Shown: positions 1 through 8,546 of the stretch, one piece after another
Position numbering within the stretch: the first letter of the stretch is position 1
How the letters are laid out: each line of letters begins with the position of its first letter
IMG/VR virus record: IMGVR_UViG_3300048854_000065
Coordinates: 2,100 to 66,099 of that record
Length of the DNA: 64,000 bases
Origin: a virus
Taxonomy: Duplodnaviria; Caudoviricetes
Strand: one strand, 5' to 3'
Made by a program: the position numbers and the translations under genes
The notes under the pieces: model-generated
The model's database searches: none
Told to the model about the DNA's origin: nothing
What the model saw: only the letters and a program-made list of their open reading frames with translations

Positions 1-11
1 GACGCGAGCAC

Positions 12-1001
12 ATGAACATTGTGGCAGCGTCGGTCTCGAAGTATGCCCTCGGCGTCAGGTGGCTAGAGCTGCCACTGAACAACCCGAAAGACGACATTGC
101 AGACTATCTGGAGAACCATGAGTTTCCAGAGCTGCAGGAGGAGATACGCAAGGCTCCAGTGTGGCGACGGCCGGATAGCAACTCCGATCTTCTGGTAGCC
201 GCGCCGAGGTTCATCAAAAACGTGCCCACGGTAATCGATTGGAAGCTGGAGGGCATTATCGAGAAAAATACCAGCGGGTTCGTGATCGCATTACCGAAGT
301 CGGGTAAGAGCTTTGCTACGGTATGTCTCGCAGTCGCCCTGGCTGGCGGTGGCGAGTGGTTAGGCTACAGGGTGACCGAACCTACCCGCGTGGCGCTGGT
401 AAGCAGGGAGGACGCTCCGGGGCTCACAGCGAGGCGTTTACGGAGAGCCATGATCGGCATGGGCTTCGATCCTAACGATACGTTGTGGGATACCAATCTT
501 CTGGTGAACAGCCGCGAGCAGAGCAAGAGCCTGATGCTGGACGATGACGAGCAGCTTGCTGCGCTGATCGCAGAGATGCAGCGGAAGAAGATCGAGTTCT
601 GCATTCTGGATGTGCTGAACATCCTGCACAACGCCGACGAGAACGACAACACGGAGATGAGAAAGATTCTTGGCCGGGTTACGCAGATCAGAGACGAGGT
701 TGGCTGTCAGATTTGCGTGGTGCATCACTCGATCAAAGATTGGGACGACACGAAGACCCTCAGCCAGTTGGCTAGAGGATCGAGCGCGATTGCAGGCTTT
801 GCCGAGTTCATCGTAGGCGTGCGCATGGTGGACGAAGACAAGCAGGTGCGACAGATGCGCTTTGAGACCAAGAGCGACAGTCCGCAGGCTGCGATCTATT
901 GGAAGATTCGCGATAAGGAGGCAGGTGTGCTGCTGGAGCGAGTGGACTTTGAGCCGAAGACGACAAGCACGCGAAAGAAGTTTGCGAGTGTATCGGGATG
1001 A
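12..1001 (+). CDS. AAA_25/RepA-family helicase, C-terminal part of a probable primase-helicase (reading frame open to the window edge)
   Basis: Walker A ALPKSGKS, Walker B FCILDVL, VVHHSIK...ARGSSAI motif; N-terminal PKDDIADYL resembles the end of a TOPRIM domain. Confidence 0.85.
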   Translation: MNIVAASVSKYALGVRWLELPLNNPKDDIADYLENHEFPELQEEIRKAPVWRRPDSNSDLLVAAPRFIKNVPTVIDWKLEGIIEKNTSGFVIALPKSGKSFATVCLAVALAGGGEWLGYRVTEPTRVALVSREDAPGLTARRLRRAMIGMGFDPNDTLWDTNLLVNSREQSKSLMLDDDEQLAALIAEMQRKKIEFCILDVLNILHNADENDNTEMRKILGRVTQIRDEVGCQICVVHHSIKDWDDTKTLSQLARGSSAIAGFAEFIVGVRMVDEDKQVRQMRFETKSDSPQAAIYWKIRDKEAGVLLERVDFEPKTTSTRKKFASVSG

Positions 1002-1089
1002 AGTTCCTGCGGATAGGACCGCTGGAGTGTTGGTTCTTTCTGAAGCCCTTCTGTTTCAAAAGAGGGCTTTGGGTGATGTGGCGGCATAG

Positions 1090-1968
1090 ATGGATCGTGA
1101 GAGGGGGAAGGGTCTGATGAGTGATGTGAAGCTGTGTGAGTGCGGATGCGGGGAAGAGACCGCGATGATTACCAAGACGGATAAACGGAAGGGCCACACG
1201 AAGGGCGAGTACTTGCGCTTTGTGCAGGGTCACCACGCGCGCATGAAGATGACTGCGGCGACTATGGCAGTGCAATATTTCACTCCGCCTGCGGATGAGA
1301 TCACGGAGAAGGACATCATGAATCTTCGTGAGGGCGATGACGAAGAGGCAGCTCGCGTACTGGATGAGCGCGCAGCGGTGATTGAGAGTACCACCCGGCG
1401 CTCGTTCATTGAGTTGGGGATGATCTGCAGGGAGATGCGGGATCGGCTGCTGTGGACCAAGCGCGTGCATCCTGCGACCGGCGTTGCTTACCACTCATGG
1501 GAAGAGTGGGTGATCGTTCGCCTTGGCGTAGGTCGGCGGTCGGCATTCCAAGCGATCAACGTACTGGATAAGGTGAAGGGCGTCGATATCGAAGACCTGA
1601 AGGAGATGACCCGCGCCAACGTGACCCGGTTGGCATTGCTGTCTACGAAGGTGCAGAGCGATCCCAAGGTGATCGAGTCGGCAAAGGAGGACTCCGAAGA
1701 GGGCTTCGTCAAACTCCTGCAGGAGGAGCATCCCGATCAGCACATCGGACATGCACCAACTGTGGTGCTGAAGCTGAGTCCGGAGAACCGTGGATATTTC
1801 GATGATTGTGTGGAAATCGCCGAATGGTCTTACGAGGTGAACGGGCGGGAGGATGCCCTGTCGAACGTCTTCGCCTTCTTTCTGGATGGTTTGTGCGAGC
1901 GCGAGGGCTACCACAACCAGACCAATCGGGAGGCATACGAAGCTTTCAAGCGCCGGATGGAAGCCTGA
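1090..1968 (+). CDS. Hypothetical protein: N-terminal CECGCG...RFVQGH zinc motif (as at HNH protein N-termini) plus DUF3102-like helical/HTH region
   Basis: KLCECGCGE...YLRFVQGHH; SFIELGMICREMRD..LW...YHSWEEWV...LGVGRRSA. Confidence 0.55.
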   Translation: MDRERGKGLMSDVKLCECGCGEETAMITKTDKRKGHTKGEYLRFVQGHHARMKMTAATMAVQYFTPPADEITEKDIMNLREGDDEEAARVLDERAAVIESTTRRSFIELGMICREMRDRLLWTKRVHPATGVAYHSWEEWVIVRLGVGRRSAFQAINVLDKVKGVDIEDLKEMTRANVTRLALLSTKVQSDPKVIESAKEDSEEGFVKLLQEEHPDQHIGHAPTVVLKLSPENRGYFDDCVEIAEWSYEVNGREDALSNVFAFFLDGLCEREGYHNQTNREAYEAFKRRMEA

Positions 1969-1975
1969 TATTATT

Positions 1976-1993
1976 TGTGGGCTACAGCCTACA
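1976..1993. promoter_or_regulatory. 18-bp palindromic operator copy
   Basis: TGTGGGCTACAGCCTACA, intergenic, 1 mismatch to TGTAGG-N6-CCTACA. Confidence 0.75.
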
Positions 1994-2011
1994 CAGCCAA
2001 AAGGGGACCCG

Positions 2012-2209
2012 ATGCACCATACTCGCCAGTTGACGCCATCTGCATTGCTCGCAGACATGATGAACGAGCACTACGATCTCTCAGAGAAAGAGCTGATTCA
2101 CAACCTTGGGACGGATTGGCATTGGCCGATGCGTGACCTTGTTCAGCTCAATCTGGTGAGCACTTTCATCAACCATGGGGAGCGCTACTTTGCCATCTCC
2201 CGAGGATGA
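2012..2209 (+). CDS. Small hypothetical protein (possible winged helix)
   Basis: RBS AAGGGGA, ATG, MHHTRQL..., coupled to next gene. Confidence 0.5.
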   Translation: MHHTRQLTPSALLADMMNEHYDLSEKELIHNLGTDWHWPMRDLVQLNLVSTFINHGERYFAISRG

Positions 2210-2585
2210 TGTTGAATTCATTTCGCTCGATCTAAGCCTGTGCGATGACCACGGCGAGAAGATCATGAATGGCCTGAAGAGCCGGAACCTATGGCAGTTC
2301 GTAGGAGACGACGCAGGCGCGGGAATCAAGAGCTTCATGAACCGCCATGGGGTTTTGGGTGCCGGACGCAACAAGGACGGCGAGAAGGTGCCCTATGACC
2401 CTCTGGTTGAGATTCACATGGAGATCATCTTTCGCGCCATGGCGAACATCAGCGATGGAGAGATGGAGCCTTCCGGCTGCCCTCTGTGCAAGATTCTCAA
2501 TCCAGATGAGTGGATGAACAAGGCGATGGATTCCATCGAAATGCATTTCAGGTCGAAGGGCTGGATGAAGGAGACGGTGAATTGA
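2175..2585 (+). CDS. Hypothetical protein
   Basis: ORF track; LCDDH...CPLCK possible metal ligands. Confidence 0.55.
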   Translation: MGSATLPSPEDDVEFISLDLSLCDDHGEKIMNGLKSRNLWQFVGDDAGAGIKSFMNRHGVLGAGRNKDGEKVPYDPLVEIHMEIIFRAMANISDGEMEPSGCPLCKILNPDEWMNKAMDSIEMHFRSKGWMKETVN

Positions 2586-2845
2586 GTACCGCACCCATTC
2601 GTCTTGTTGGGCTGGAGCTGGAGCAGCTACGCATCGATTGCTGGAACCGGGATGGACGTAGGTGCGTGATCTGCCTGCGTCCTGTTCGGCTAAAAGCTGG
2701 AAGCTTCGATTCGCTGCATATGGCCCATGTCAAAGGCCGTGGGGCTGGAGGCCCGGATGTTCTGGAGAACGTGGTGGCGAAGTGCATGGATTGCCATAGC
2801 GGTTTGGAACATAACCCGAAGTCAGTACCGAAGAAGGTGAGATGA
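2582..2845 (+). CDS. HNH endonuclease
   Basis: RDGRRCVIC...HMAHVKGRGAGGPDVLENVVAKCMDCH; TTG start overlapping previous stop. Confidence 0.85.
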   Translation: MSTAPIRLVGLELEQLRIDCWNRDGRRCVICLRPVRLKAGSFDSLHMAHVKGRGAGGPDVLENVVAKCMDCHSGLEHNPKSVPKKVR

Positions 2846-3018
2846 GTCCGATCAAAACAGAGGCATTGTTCAAGCTGGTGCGTGCGGTCGATAAGCAGTT
2901 GGGTGGCGTACCGGCGTGGAAGCAATTGCTGAATGAGGCACGCGCCGAGTTGGGTGTGATCGAGCTGCGCAAACACGCCGAGTACGAAGATGCCGTGATG
3001 CGTATCGAGGAGCGGTGA
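2842..3018 (+). CDS. Small hypothetical protein
   Basis: ATGA overlap with HNH stop; MSPIKTEALFKLV... read by hand. Confidence 0.5.
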   Translation: MSPIKTEALFKLVRAVDKQLGGVPAWKQLLNEARAELGVIELRKHAEYEDAVMRIEER

Positions 3019-3170
3019 TGGACGCATATATCGATCTGGTGGTGTTGGGCGTGCTGATGGAAGAGCACAAGCTTTCCAAAGAGGTAGCGTTCGATCTGGT
3101 GCGACGGAACCGGCAACGCCACTGGAAACAAGAGAAGGACCTGAAGAGCATTCTGGCAGTGTGGCAATGA
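3018..3170 (+). CDS. Small hypothetical protein
   Basis: TGATG coupling; MDAYIDLVVLGVLMEEHK... read by hand. Confidence 0.5.
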   Translation: MDAYIDLVVLGVLMEEHKLSKEVAFDLVRRNRQRHWKQEKDLKSILAVWQ

Positions 3171-3595
3171 GTCAGATCAGCTTCACTGTCTATGACAAGG
3201 CGGAGCCGCAGGGTTCTATGCGTGGGTTCAATACACGCGTAGGCATCCGACTGACCAGCGACAATAAGAAGTTGAAGCTCTACCGTCACAACATTACGCA
3301 GATCGCGCGCATGGAGATGTCCAAGGCCAATCTTCTGGAGCCCATGGCAGCGAAGCACGTCCCGGTGGAGGTGTGGATGGAGTTCACCTTCGTGCGGCCG
3401 CCAAGCGTCTCCAAACGTCGGCTATGGCCTACTGTGAAGCCTGACATCGATAAGCTGGAGCGTGCAGTCTTCGATGCTCTGAAGGGTGTTGTCTTTGCCG
3501 ATGACTGTCAACCCGTTCTCGTTCATAAAAAGAAGTGTTATGGTCCAGTTGAGCAGATATACATCTCAGCGCGGATCGTAACGGAGGCGGGATGA
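3167..3595 (+). CDS. rusA: RusA-family Holliday junction resolvase
   Basis: PQGSMR...KPDIDKLERAVFDALKGVVFADDCQ catalytic signature. Confidence 0.92.
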   Translation: MSQISFTVYDKAEPQGSMRGFNTRVGIRLTSDNKKLKLYRHNITQIARMEMSKANLLEPMAAKHVPVEVWMEFTFVRPPSVSKRRLWPTVKPDIDKLERAVFDALKGVVFADDCQPVLVHKKKCYGPVEQIYISARIVTEAG

Positions 3596-3714
3596 ATGAG
3601 GGCAGGGACTATCTACAGGTGTTCTTCGCTTTATTGTTCTCTCATTGTGTGGCCATCGGGATCGGGCTTCTGATCGCTCTGTTGATTGCCAAGGCCGCAG
3701 GGTGCGGAGTGTGA
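3592..3714 (+). CDS. Small membrane protein
   Basis: ATGA overlap with rusA; hydrophobic VFFALLFSHCVAIGIGLLIALLIA. Confidence 0.45.
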   Translation: MNEGRDYLQVFFALLFSHCVAIGIGLLIALLIAKAAGCGV

Positions 3715-3725
3715 AGCCGGGTGGC

Positions 3726-3902
3726 TTAGGAACCAACCCGGCGTTCTTCATTTTTGGGAAGCATGGTCATAATCTTCCATGCGGTTTTCGAATCAAGGCT
3801 CATCCAGTCGTAGTCCTTCAGTTCCATCCGAACAGCGCGCTGCGCTTTCTTCTGAATCAAACGAAGGCGATCAGCCTCCTCATATTTTGCTCGATCCTTC
3901 AT
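3726..3902 (-). CDS. Small hypothetical protein
   Basis: RBS AAGGA then MKDRAKYEEAD... Confidence 0.45.
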   Translation of the reverse strand: MKDRAKYEEADRLRLIQKKAQRAVRMELKDYDWMSLDSKTAWKIMTMLPKNEERRVGS

Positions 3903-4026
3903 CGGTCGAGTCCTTTCTTTCCGGGTTGATTTGACGATAAATCGACTTGGGAGAAGGAAAGAAAGAGGCCGCAACGCTTTACAGTGTCGGCGGCCTTCTG
4001 CAGTGGGAGGAAATACAGGCACGGAA

Positions 4027-4149
4027 TTATGTAGTTTGTTTGTTACCGGCGTGTCGGACGGCGATGTGGAAACTAAGCCATCGCCAACGATTCCAAGGTC
4101 GGATATGCCATGGCGGTCGGTCATCACAATGAGGACAGACGCAAGGCAC
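4027..4149 (-). CDS. Putative C2H2-type zinc-finger microprotein (40 aa)
   Basis: GTG start; CPHC-x19-HIAVRH; weak RBS. Confidence 0.4.
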   Translation of the reverse strand: MPCVCPHCDDRPPWHIRPWNRWRWLSFHIAVRHAGNKQTT

Positions 4150-4168
4150 GCCAATATGGTTTCCGTAC

Positions 4169-4828
4169 TTACGAGGAGCGGCGAATAAGGGCAGTGAGTT
4201 CTGAGGCAAATTGCCTCGAAGGTAGGTCATACTCTCGCGCCATACTCGCTGAAAATTCGAGGAATCTGCCATAGGCAACGGCGAGGGTGGCTTCGGGTAT
4301 TCGCGGCGGGTTACGGTGGTCGTAATACTCTTGGGCTGCTTTGTCGCTGGTGATGTGGACTTCGATTTCGCGAGTGTGAGATTTTTCTTTGCGGCTGGCA
4401 GCGTTCGTTTTTCGTGATTTATAGGGACCACGTTTCTTGCCGAGCTTTGAGGCATCTTGCGCATTCTCCTTTGTGGTGGCGAGGTGTGTTGCTTGCTGAG
4501 GCTCATGCTCTGCGATTGGTTCCGGAGCCGGTAAAGTGGGTAGGCCTTCTGCCTCTCTTCTTTTGCGAAGGCGATATTCGCGTTTGTAGTCACGCTCTTC
4601 GCGTCGGAGAGCAGCAGCGTCTTTGGCGGCCTTTGTAGTTGGCTCATCCTTTTGGGTCCGTGCAATCACGGCTCCTTTGGACTCGCCTTTAATGCCGTGA
4701 GCCGAGCGGCGATGCGAGGAAAGCCCTCTCGGGTTCTGGTAAGGTCCGGCCTTGCATTCAGGACAATAGAATTTCCCATCTGGAGCAGGCTTGAATGGAA
4801 CATAAGCTCCAGCTTTCTTTGTGGACAC
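4169..4828 (-). CDS. C2H2-type zinc-finger protein with basic/charged central region
   Basis: RBS GAGGAG + GTG at 4828; FYCPECKAGPYQNPRGLSSHRRSAH (CX2CX13HX4H). Confidence 0.7.
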   Translation of the reverse strand: MSTKKAGAYVPFKPAPDGKFYCPECKAGPYQNPRGLSSHRRSAHGIKGESKGAVIARTQKDEPTTKAAKDAAALRREERDYKREYRLRKRREAEGLPTLPAPEPIAEHEPQQATHLATTKENAQDASKLGKKRGPYKSRKTNAASRKEKSHTREIEVHITSDKAAQEYYDHRNPPRIPEATLAVAYGRFLEFSASMAREYDLPSRQFASELTALIRRSS

Positions 4829-4887
4829 TTTAGTAACTCCTCTGTCTGGCGGTAACTGTAGCATTAAAAGCGCAAGTGTAGCGCAAG

Positions 4888-5559
4888 TTACGTGGAGGTA
4901 ACCTGTCGCTTGAGTATCTTTGCGACTACGGGACCCGTCCAAGGTTTACCGGATCGGGTAGGGACTGCGCGCGTGTTGAACGTGTCTGCGATCTGTTTGT
5001 AGGTCAGACCAGACTCTTTGTGAGTGAGAGCTGTAGCTAACGCAATAGCCTCAGCAGGATGAGAGGGATGGAAGCCGAACGCTTTGCGTCCTTCACACTT
5101 GCCGTGACGCGCACGTTTACGCTCGCGTGCGCCTCGTAGTTTCAGAACTGTCATTGCGCGGTCGTACTCCGCGATGGCTCCAAAGATTTGGCGCATCAGC
5201 TTCCGGCTAGGGTCGTCAGAGCACAGATCGGGCTCTGCTGTGGAGATCAGCAGATAACCACTCTTGCGTAGATCGGCAATGATGGTTTCCTGCACCATGA
5301 GATCGCGCGCTAGGCGGTCAAGGCGCTCGATCACGATGGTTCTGCAGTCGGAGGCCTCAAGAGCTGCCAGAAGGCGCTGTAAGGCCGGTCTGGACTCCAG
5401 CTCGTTGGCACCACAAACACCCTCTTCGCGGAAGATTTCGGTGATGACCAGATTGTGGGCTGCAGCATACGCTTGGCAGGCGGCTAATTGTCGGTCGAAG
5501 CCATCACCGTCTACCTGTCCAAGGCCAGAAACCCGGAGGTAAGCGAAACAGGGTTTCAC
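4888..5559 (-). CDS. Serine recombinase (resolvase catalytic domain + short recombinase DNA-binding domain)
   Basis: FAYLRVS catalytic Ser motif, RPALQRLL, IERLDRLARD, C-terminal KQIADTFN...TRSGKPW. Confidence 0.92.
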   Translation of the reverse strand: MKPCFAYLRVSGLGQVDGDGFDRQLAACQAYAAAHNLVITEIFREEGVCGANELESRPALQRLLAALEASDCRTIVIERLDRLARDLMVQETIIADLRKSGYLLISTAEPDLCSDDPSRKLMRQIFGAIAEYDRAMTVLKLRGARERKRARHGKCEGRKAFGFHPSHPAEAIALATALTHKESGLTYKQIADTFNTRAVPTRSGKPWTGPVVAKILKRQVTST

Positions 5560-5735
5560 TGTACCTCCCGTTTGTGGGCCAGAAGGATTTGGCGAGCGTG
5601 TTCCAAGTGGACGATGGCCTTGGCGGCTATGTCTACGGAGTGATCGTCGCGAGGATTCTCGCGAGCTTCGGATGCTAGATGGTTTTGGGTGGCGTCCAGT
5701 TCATCGATTCGGTTGTTGATGAAGGCGAGTTTCAT
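5556..5735 (-). CDS. Small hypothetical protein
   Basis: MKLAFINNRIDELD..., stop overlaps recombinase start. Confidence 0.5.
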   Translation of the reverse strand: MKLAFINNRIDELDATQNHLASEARENPRDDHSVDIAAKAIVHLEHARQILLAHKREVQ

Positions 5736-5745
5736 CGTGGGTCCT

Positions 5746-5958
5746 TTAGTCGATTTGTCTTATTTTTTTGGGTTTGGGTAGCAACGCATGGGAGGTGTCG
5801 CGTGGACCACGTGGGCGTCCAATCTTCTTAGGCCCGTTCCACTTCCTAGACTTGCAGCTAGGGCACATGGCCGGGAGCAGTTGGGTGATGGATATCCACA
5901 TGTGGGCACACGCGTCACAATTGCACTGGTGTGCAACAACTTTCACATTCTTGACCAC
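5746..5958 (-). CDS. Zinc-ribbon protein with AT-hook
   Basis: CDAC.H.W...LPAMCPSCKSRKW followed by KKIGRPRG. Confidence 0.7.
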   Translation of the reverse strand: MVKNVKVVAHQCNCDACAHMWISITQLLPAMCPSCKSRKWNGPKKIGRPRGPRDTSHALLPKPKKIRQID

Positions 5959-5984
5959 TTAACAGGTCCTCCTTACACGGACCG

Positions 5985-6263
5985 TTATACGCCTTTGAGC
6001 AGATCGGACAAGGTAATTCCGAACCCAAGGGATAGAACTTCGAGCATTTGTAGACTTGCAGTTTTGCTACCAGCTTCGAGGCAGGAGTAGTGACCGCGAT
6101 CAATGCCCCACTGTTCGGCAACGTCTTGCTGAGTGAGCTTAGCCTTCAGGCGCAGCGACTTCAGACGCATGCCGAAACGTACTTCCACCTCATCCACAGA
6201 CGCAGCCTTGGCAGGCGCGCCTATGGATTTGCGGAGTGTTTTGATTGTCTTGTTCATCTTCAC
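5985..6263 (-). CDS. XRE-family HTH transcriptional regulator
   Basis: FGMRLKSLRLKAKLTQQDVAEQWGIDRGHYSCLEAG...SLQML. Confidence 0.88.
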   Translation of the reverse strand: MKMNKTIKTLRKSIGAPAKAASVDEVEVRFGMRLKSLRLKAKLTQQDVAEQWGIDRGHYSCLEAGSKTASLQMLEVLSLGFGITLSDLLKGV

Positions 6264-6388
6264 AGGAGTTGTCCTTTTGCCAGCGGTATAAGGGCGATGG
6301 AGAACCAGTCCACCATTCGATTGAAATGTAGCCCGTAGCCATCATCGTGAATCGCTTGCGCTAAAGTCAACGAAAAAGGCGTTTATTG

Positions 6389-6565
6389 TTACGACTTTCT
6401 TTTATTAGGGGCCTGTTTGTCTCCATTGTCTACGATTTGGCGGAGGCTGGAGATCACGAAGTCACGGAGGGTCATATCGTTGTGCAATGCCGCCGTTTTG
6501 AGTGACTTCAGAAGGTCAGAGGGGAATTCTTTGAGGCTGAGAACGGATTGGCGGGTCTCGTCCAT
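6389..6565 (-). CDS. Ribbon-helix-helix DNA-binding protein (58 aa, below ORF-track cutoff)
   Basis: MDETRQSVLSLKRIPSDLLKSLKTAALHNDMTLRDFVISSLRQIV: beta strand + two helices pattern. Confidence 0.65.
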   Translation of the reverse strand: MDETRQSVLSLKEFPSDLLKSLKTAALHNDMTLRDFVISSLRQIVDNGDKQAPNKRKS

Positions 6566-6593
6566 GGGGTTCTAGGGTCTCCTATCAGTTGTT

Positions 6594-6658
6594 GGGCTGC
6601 TTATCAGGGCCGTTTATCAAGGCCCTTTATCAGGGCTGCTTATCAAGGCTGTTTATCA
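6594..6658. repeat. Five tandem 13-bp direct repeats (consensus RGGCYVYTTATCA)
   Basis: gggctgcttatca gggccgtttatca aggccctttatca gggctgcttatca aggctgtttatca. Confidence 0.85.
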
Positions 6659-6755
6659 GAGGGTGATGAGGGTAGAGGGTAGGTGGTGCCCCCTGTATCA
6701 GCTCCGCAAGGTCCTCCTCTGCGATGCGGAGCTGGCGACGTAAGAATGTCGCAAA

Positions 6756-7007
6756 CTACAGCTTGGCGAGCGATCCTTTCCGCGTAACTTGGGTAGCTGT
6801 CGTTAGACATAGTTCTCCTTGTGTTTGATGAATAGCCATAGGCGATTGCGCAAGTGCAACATTGCACTCCATAGACGCCATGGGGATGGATTGGAGCGGG
6901 TTTGTAGACTGATGGTGTTGCCGTGCTTGCCAGTCCTCAATCAGGACCGGCACCACGACAACGGCCAGCAACGCGAGTAACCAAAGAAGAAAATGTAAGA
7001 CTTTCAT
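6756..7007 (-). CDS. Small protein with N-terminal hydrophobic segment
   Basis: RBS AAAGGAA; MKVLHFLLWLLALLAVVVVPVLI; C-terminal extent doubtful. Confidence 0.4.
   Translation of the reverse strand: MKVLHFLLWLLALLAVVVVPVLIEDWQARQHHQSTNPLQSIPMASMECNVALAQSPMAIHQTQGELCLTTATQVTRKGSLAKL
6847..6868. repeat. 22-bp sequence repeated exactly (inverted) at 52015-52036
   Basis: TGCGCAAGTGCAACATTGCACT; contains palindrome GTGCAA-CA-TTGCAC. Confidence 0.8.
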
Positions 7008-7045
7008 CGGCGAGATGAGTTCCTTTGTTCGTTCAGGATTGAATT

Positions 7046-7222
7046 CTAAAACGCAATGGGTTTCCAGTTCTCCGGGCTGACGGGTGAGTAAACCCGATGA
7101 TGGCGAGGTGCGTAGGTAATCACCTCTGTAAATCGCAGGCCGTACCAGCGGTAGGAAAAGTCACCCTGCGCGCGTTCTGCGAACGATAGAAGAGCTTGCA
7201 TGTTGGTGAATGACTCCATCAT
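7046..7222 (-). CDS. Small hypothetical protein
   Basis: ATGA coupling to upstream gene; MMESFTNMQALLSF... read by hand. Confidence 0.5.
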   Translation of the reverse strand: MMESFTNMQALLSFAERAQGDFSYRWYGLRFTEVITYAPRHHRVYSPVSPENWKPIAF

Positions 7223-7407
7223 TGGGCTGACCGATTGAGCCGGTTAGCGCGTCTGCGAGCTGCACTGATGGCGTCATAACGCTTGATACGACCATTACGG
7301 TCTCTGATGGCCACTGGAGGCCCTGACAGGGTTCCATAGGCCTGTAAGGTGGCTTCTGTGTCCAGAATCCACGCCTGACCTTTGAACGTGTGCACGGTAT
7401 AGCGCAT
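7219..7407 (-). CDS. Small hypothetical protein
   Basis: RBS AAAGGAG; ORF track. Confidence 0.6.
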   Translation of the reverse strand: MRYTVHTFKGQAWILDTEATLQAYGTLSGPPVAIRDRNGRIKRYDAISAARRRANRLNRSAQ

Positions 7408-7494
7408 AGTTCTCCTTTAGTGCCCGGTGGTATCGGGCTGTCATTTTTCCCGCGCGAGATCCCGCGCGCGATTTTTGTAAGTTGTTCTGACGGT

Positions 7495-7548
7495 GGTCTC
7501 ATCAGTGCGTGAATGACACGCATACAGGCCCGTAGGCCTGTTTCGACC
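7495..7548 (-). ncRNA. Type II hammerhead ribozyme HH1
   Basis: Minus strand GGTC-GAAA-CAGGCC(TACG)GGCCTG-TA|TGCGTG(TCATT)CACGCA-CTGATGA-GACC; predicted cut after GUA between 7523 and 7522. Confidence 0.93.
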
Positions 7549-7550
7549 TG

Positions 7551-7895
7551 TTAGACATCCATTGCGAATAGTTCATGAACGGCATCAAAACGCGGATTGT
7601 TCTGATGGATGACTTCATGCTGGAACTTCATATCGCCGCGCATGATGGTGATGAAGCCATAGAGGGTCAATTCAGCGATGTAGGTACGGCCATCAGAGCC
7701 GTCAACGATGCGCGCTTTGGTCTCATAGGTAAGCTTTTTGGGCGCTCCATCAGTAGTGCGCACAGCGCGCTCGCCGCGTTTGGTCTGTTCTATCTCGAAG
7801 ATGGCAGTGACGCGTTTGGAACCGCTAGGCCAGTCCTGAATCACTGCGCGCATGCGAGGGTTGCTGTAGGTGAGGGTTACGGTTGCTTCGTTCAT
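7551..7895 (-). CDS. Hypothetical protein
   Basis: RBS AAAGGAG; ORF track; stop lies 2 nt before HH1. Confidence 0.65.
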   Translation of the reverse strand: MNEATVTLTYSNPRMRAVIQDWPSGSKRVTAIFEIEQTKRGERAVRTTDGAPKKLTYETKARIVDGSDGRTYIAELTLYGFITIMRGDMKFQHEVIHQNNPRFDAVHELFAMDV

Positions 7896-7958
7896 GGGGT
7901 ATTGCTCCTTTAGTCGGCACTGGTAGCGCGTTTGGGGTTGTGTATCAGGGTTGGGTGA

Positions 7959-8546
7959 TTACATTGCGTACAGCAGGCCGTCATCACCCGCGTAAATCTC
8001 GCACTCGCCGAAGGCCTTAGAGGTGGCATCCATGCGTTCACCCTCCCCCTTTGGCCAGTCGCCATCCCAAAAGCCAGCGCCATGGCCATTACGGGTAAGC
8101 CAAAAGTCATGGCCAGCGCTCGCATAGGCTGAATCGATGTCTTGGCCGTGTGCAGCTTCGAAGATGGCGCAATCGTGGATAAGTTGGCGCGCCAGATCGA
8201 ACGAGACATCATCCACGTCTTTGCCCTGCATGGACTCTTCAGAGTTAGGGGTCACTTCAGTAAAGAAAAGAGCTTCGACATACGCGGCCAGAAAGTCATT
8301 CTTGCGCATTGCATCGCGCAACATCTTTGCCCCATTGAATGATTCGGGATCATTCACAACTTCCCATGAGCCGATAGGGTTTTGTACCGCGTAATCGAAC
8401 ACAGGCCCGGTATCGCCGACTGTGGGAGTTGAGCTGGCGCAATAGCCAGATGAGCCAACGTTGACGATGGCAGTTTTCAGGCCATCACGTACGGTCTGGA
8501 AGTCGTCAGATTTACCGGGAAGTGGGATGGTTAGTTTGAATTGCAT
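7959..8546 (-). CDS. Conserved phage hypothetical protein
   Basis: AGHDFWLTRNGHGAGFWD motif that I recognise from phage hypothetical proteins. Confidence 0.65.
   Translation of the reverse strand: MQFKLTIPLPGKSDDFQTVRDGLKTAIVNVGSSGYCASSTPTVGDTGPVFDYAVQNPIGSWEVVNDPESFNGAKMLRDAMRKNDFLAAYVEALFFTEVTPNSEESMQGKDVDDVSFDLARQLIHDCAIFEAAHGQDIDSAYASAGHDFWLTRNGHGAGFWDGDWPKGEGERMDATSKAFGECEIYAGDDGLLYAM

Noticed and set aside
1112-1122. CTGATGA matches in coding regions (also near 11923 and 13630)
   Set aside because: No flanking stems or GAAA partner; inside ORFs.
6594-6658. CRISPR array
   Set aside because: Contiguous 13-bp units without unique spacers, and no cas operon.
7046-7160. Hairpins (GAGGTG/CACCTC, CGGGT/ACCCG) first suspected to be a fourth ribozyme
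   Set aside because: No hammerhead, twister or pistol core is visible, and the region reads as a translationally coupled 58-aa ORF.
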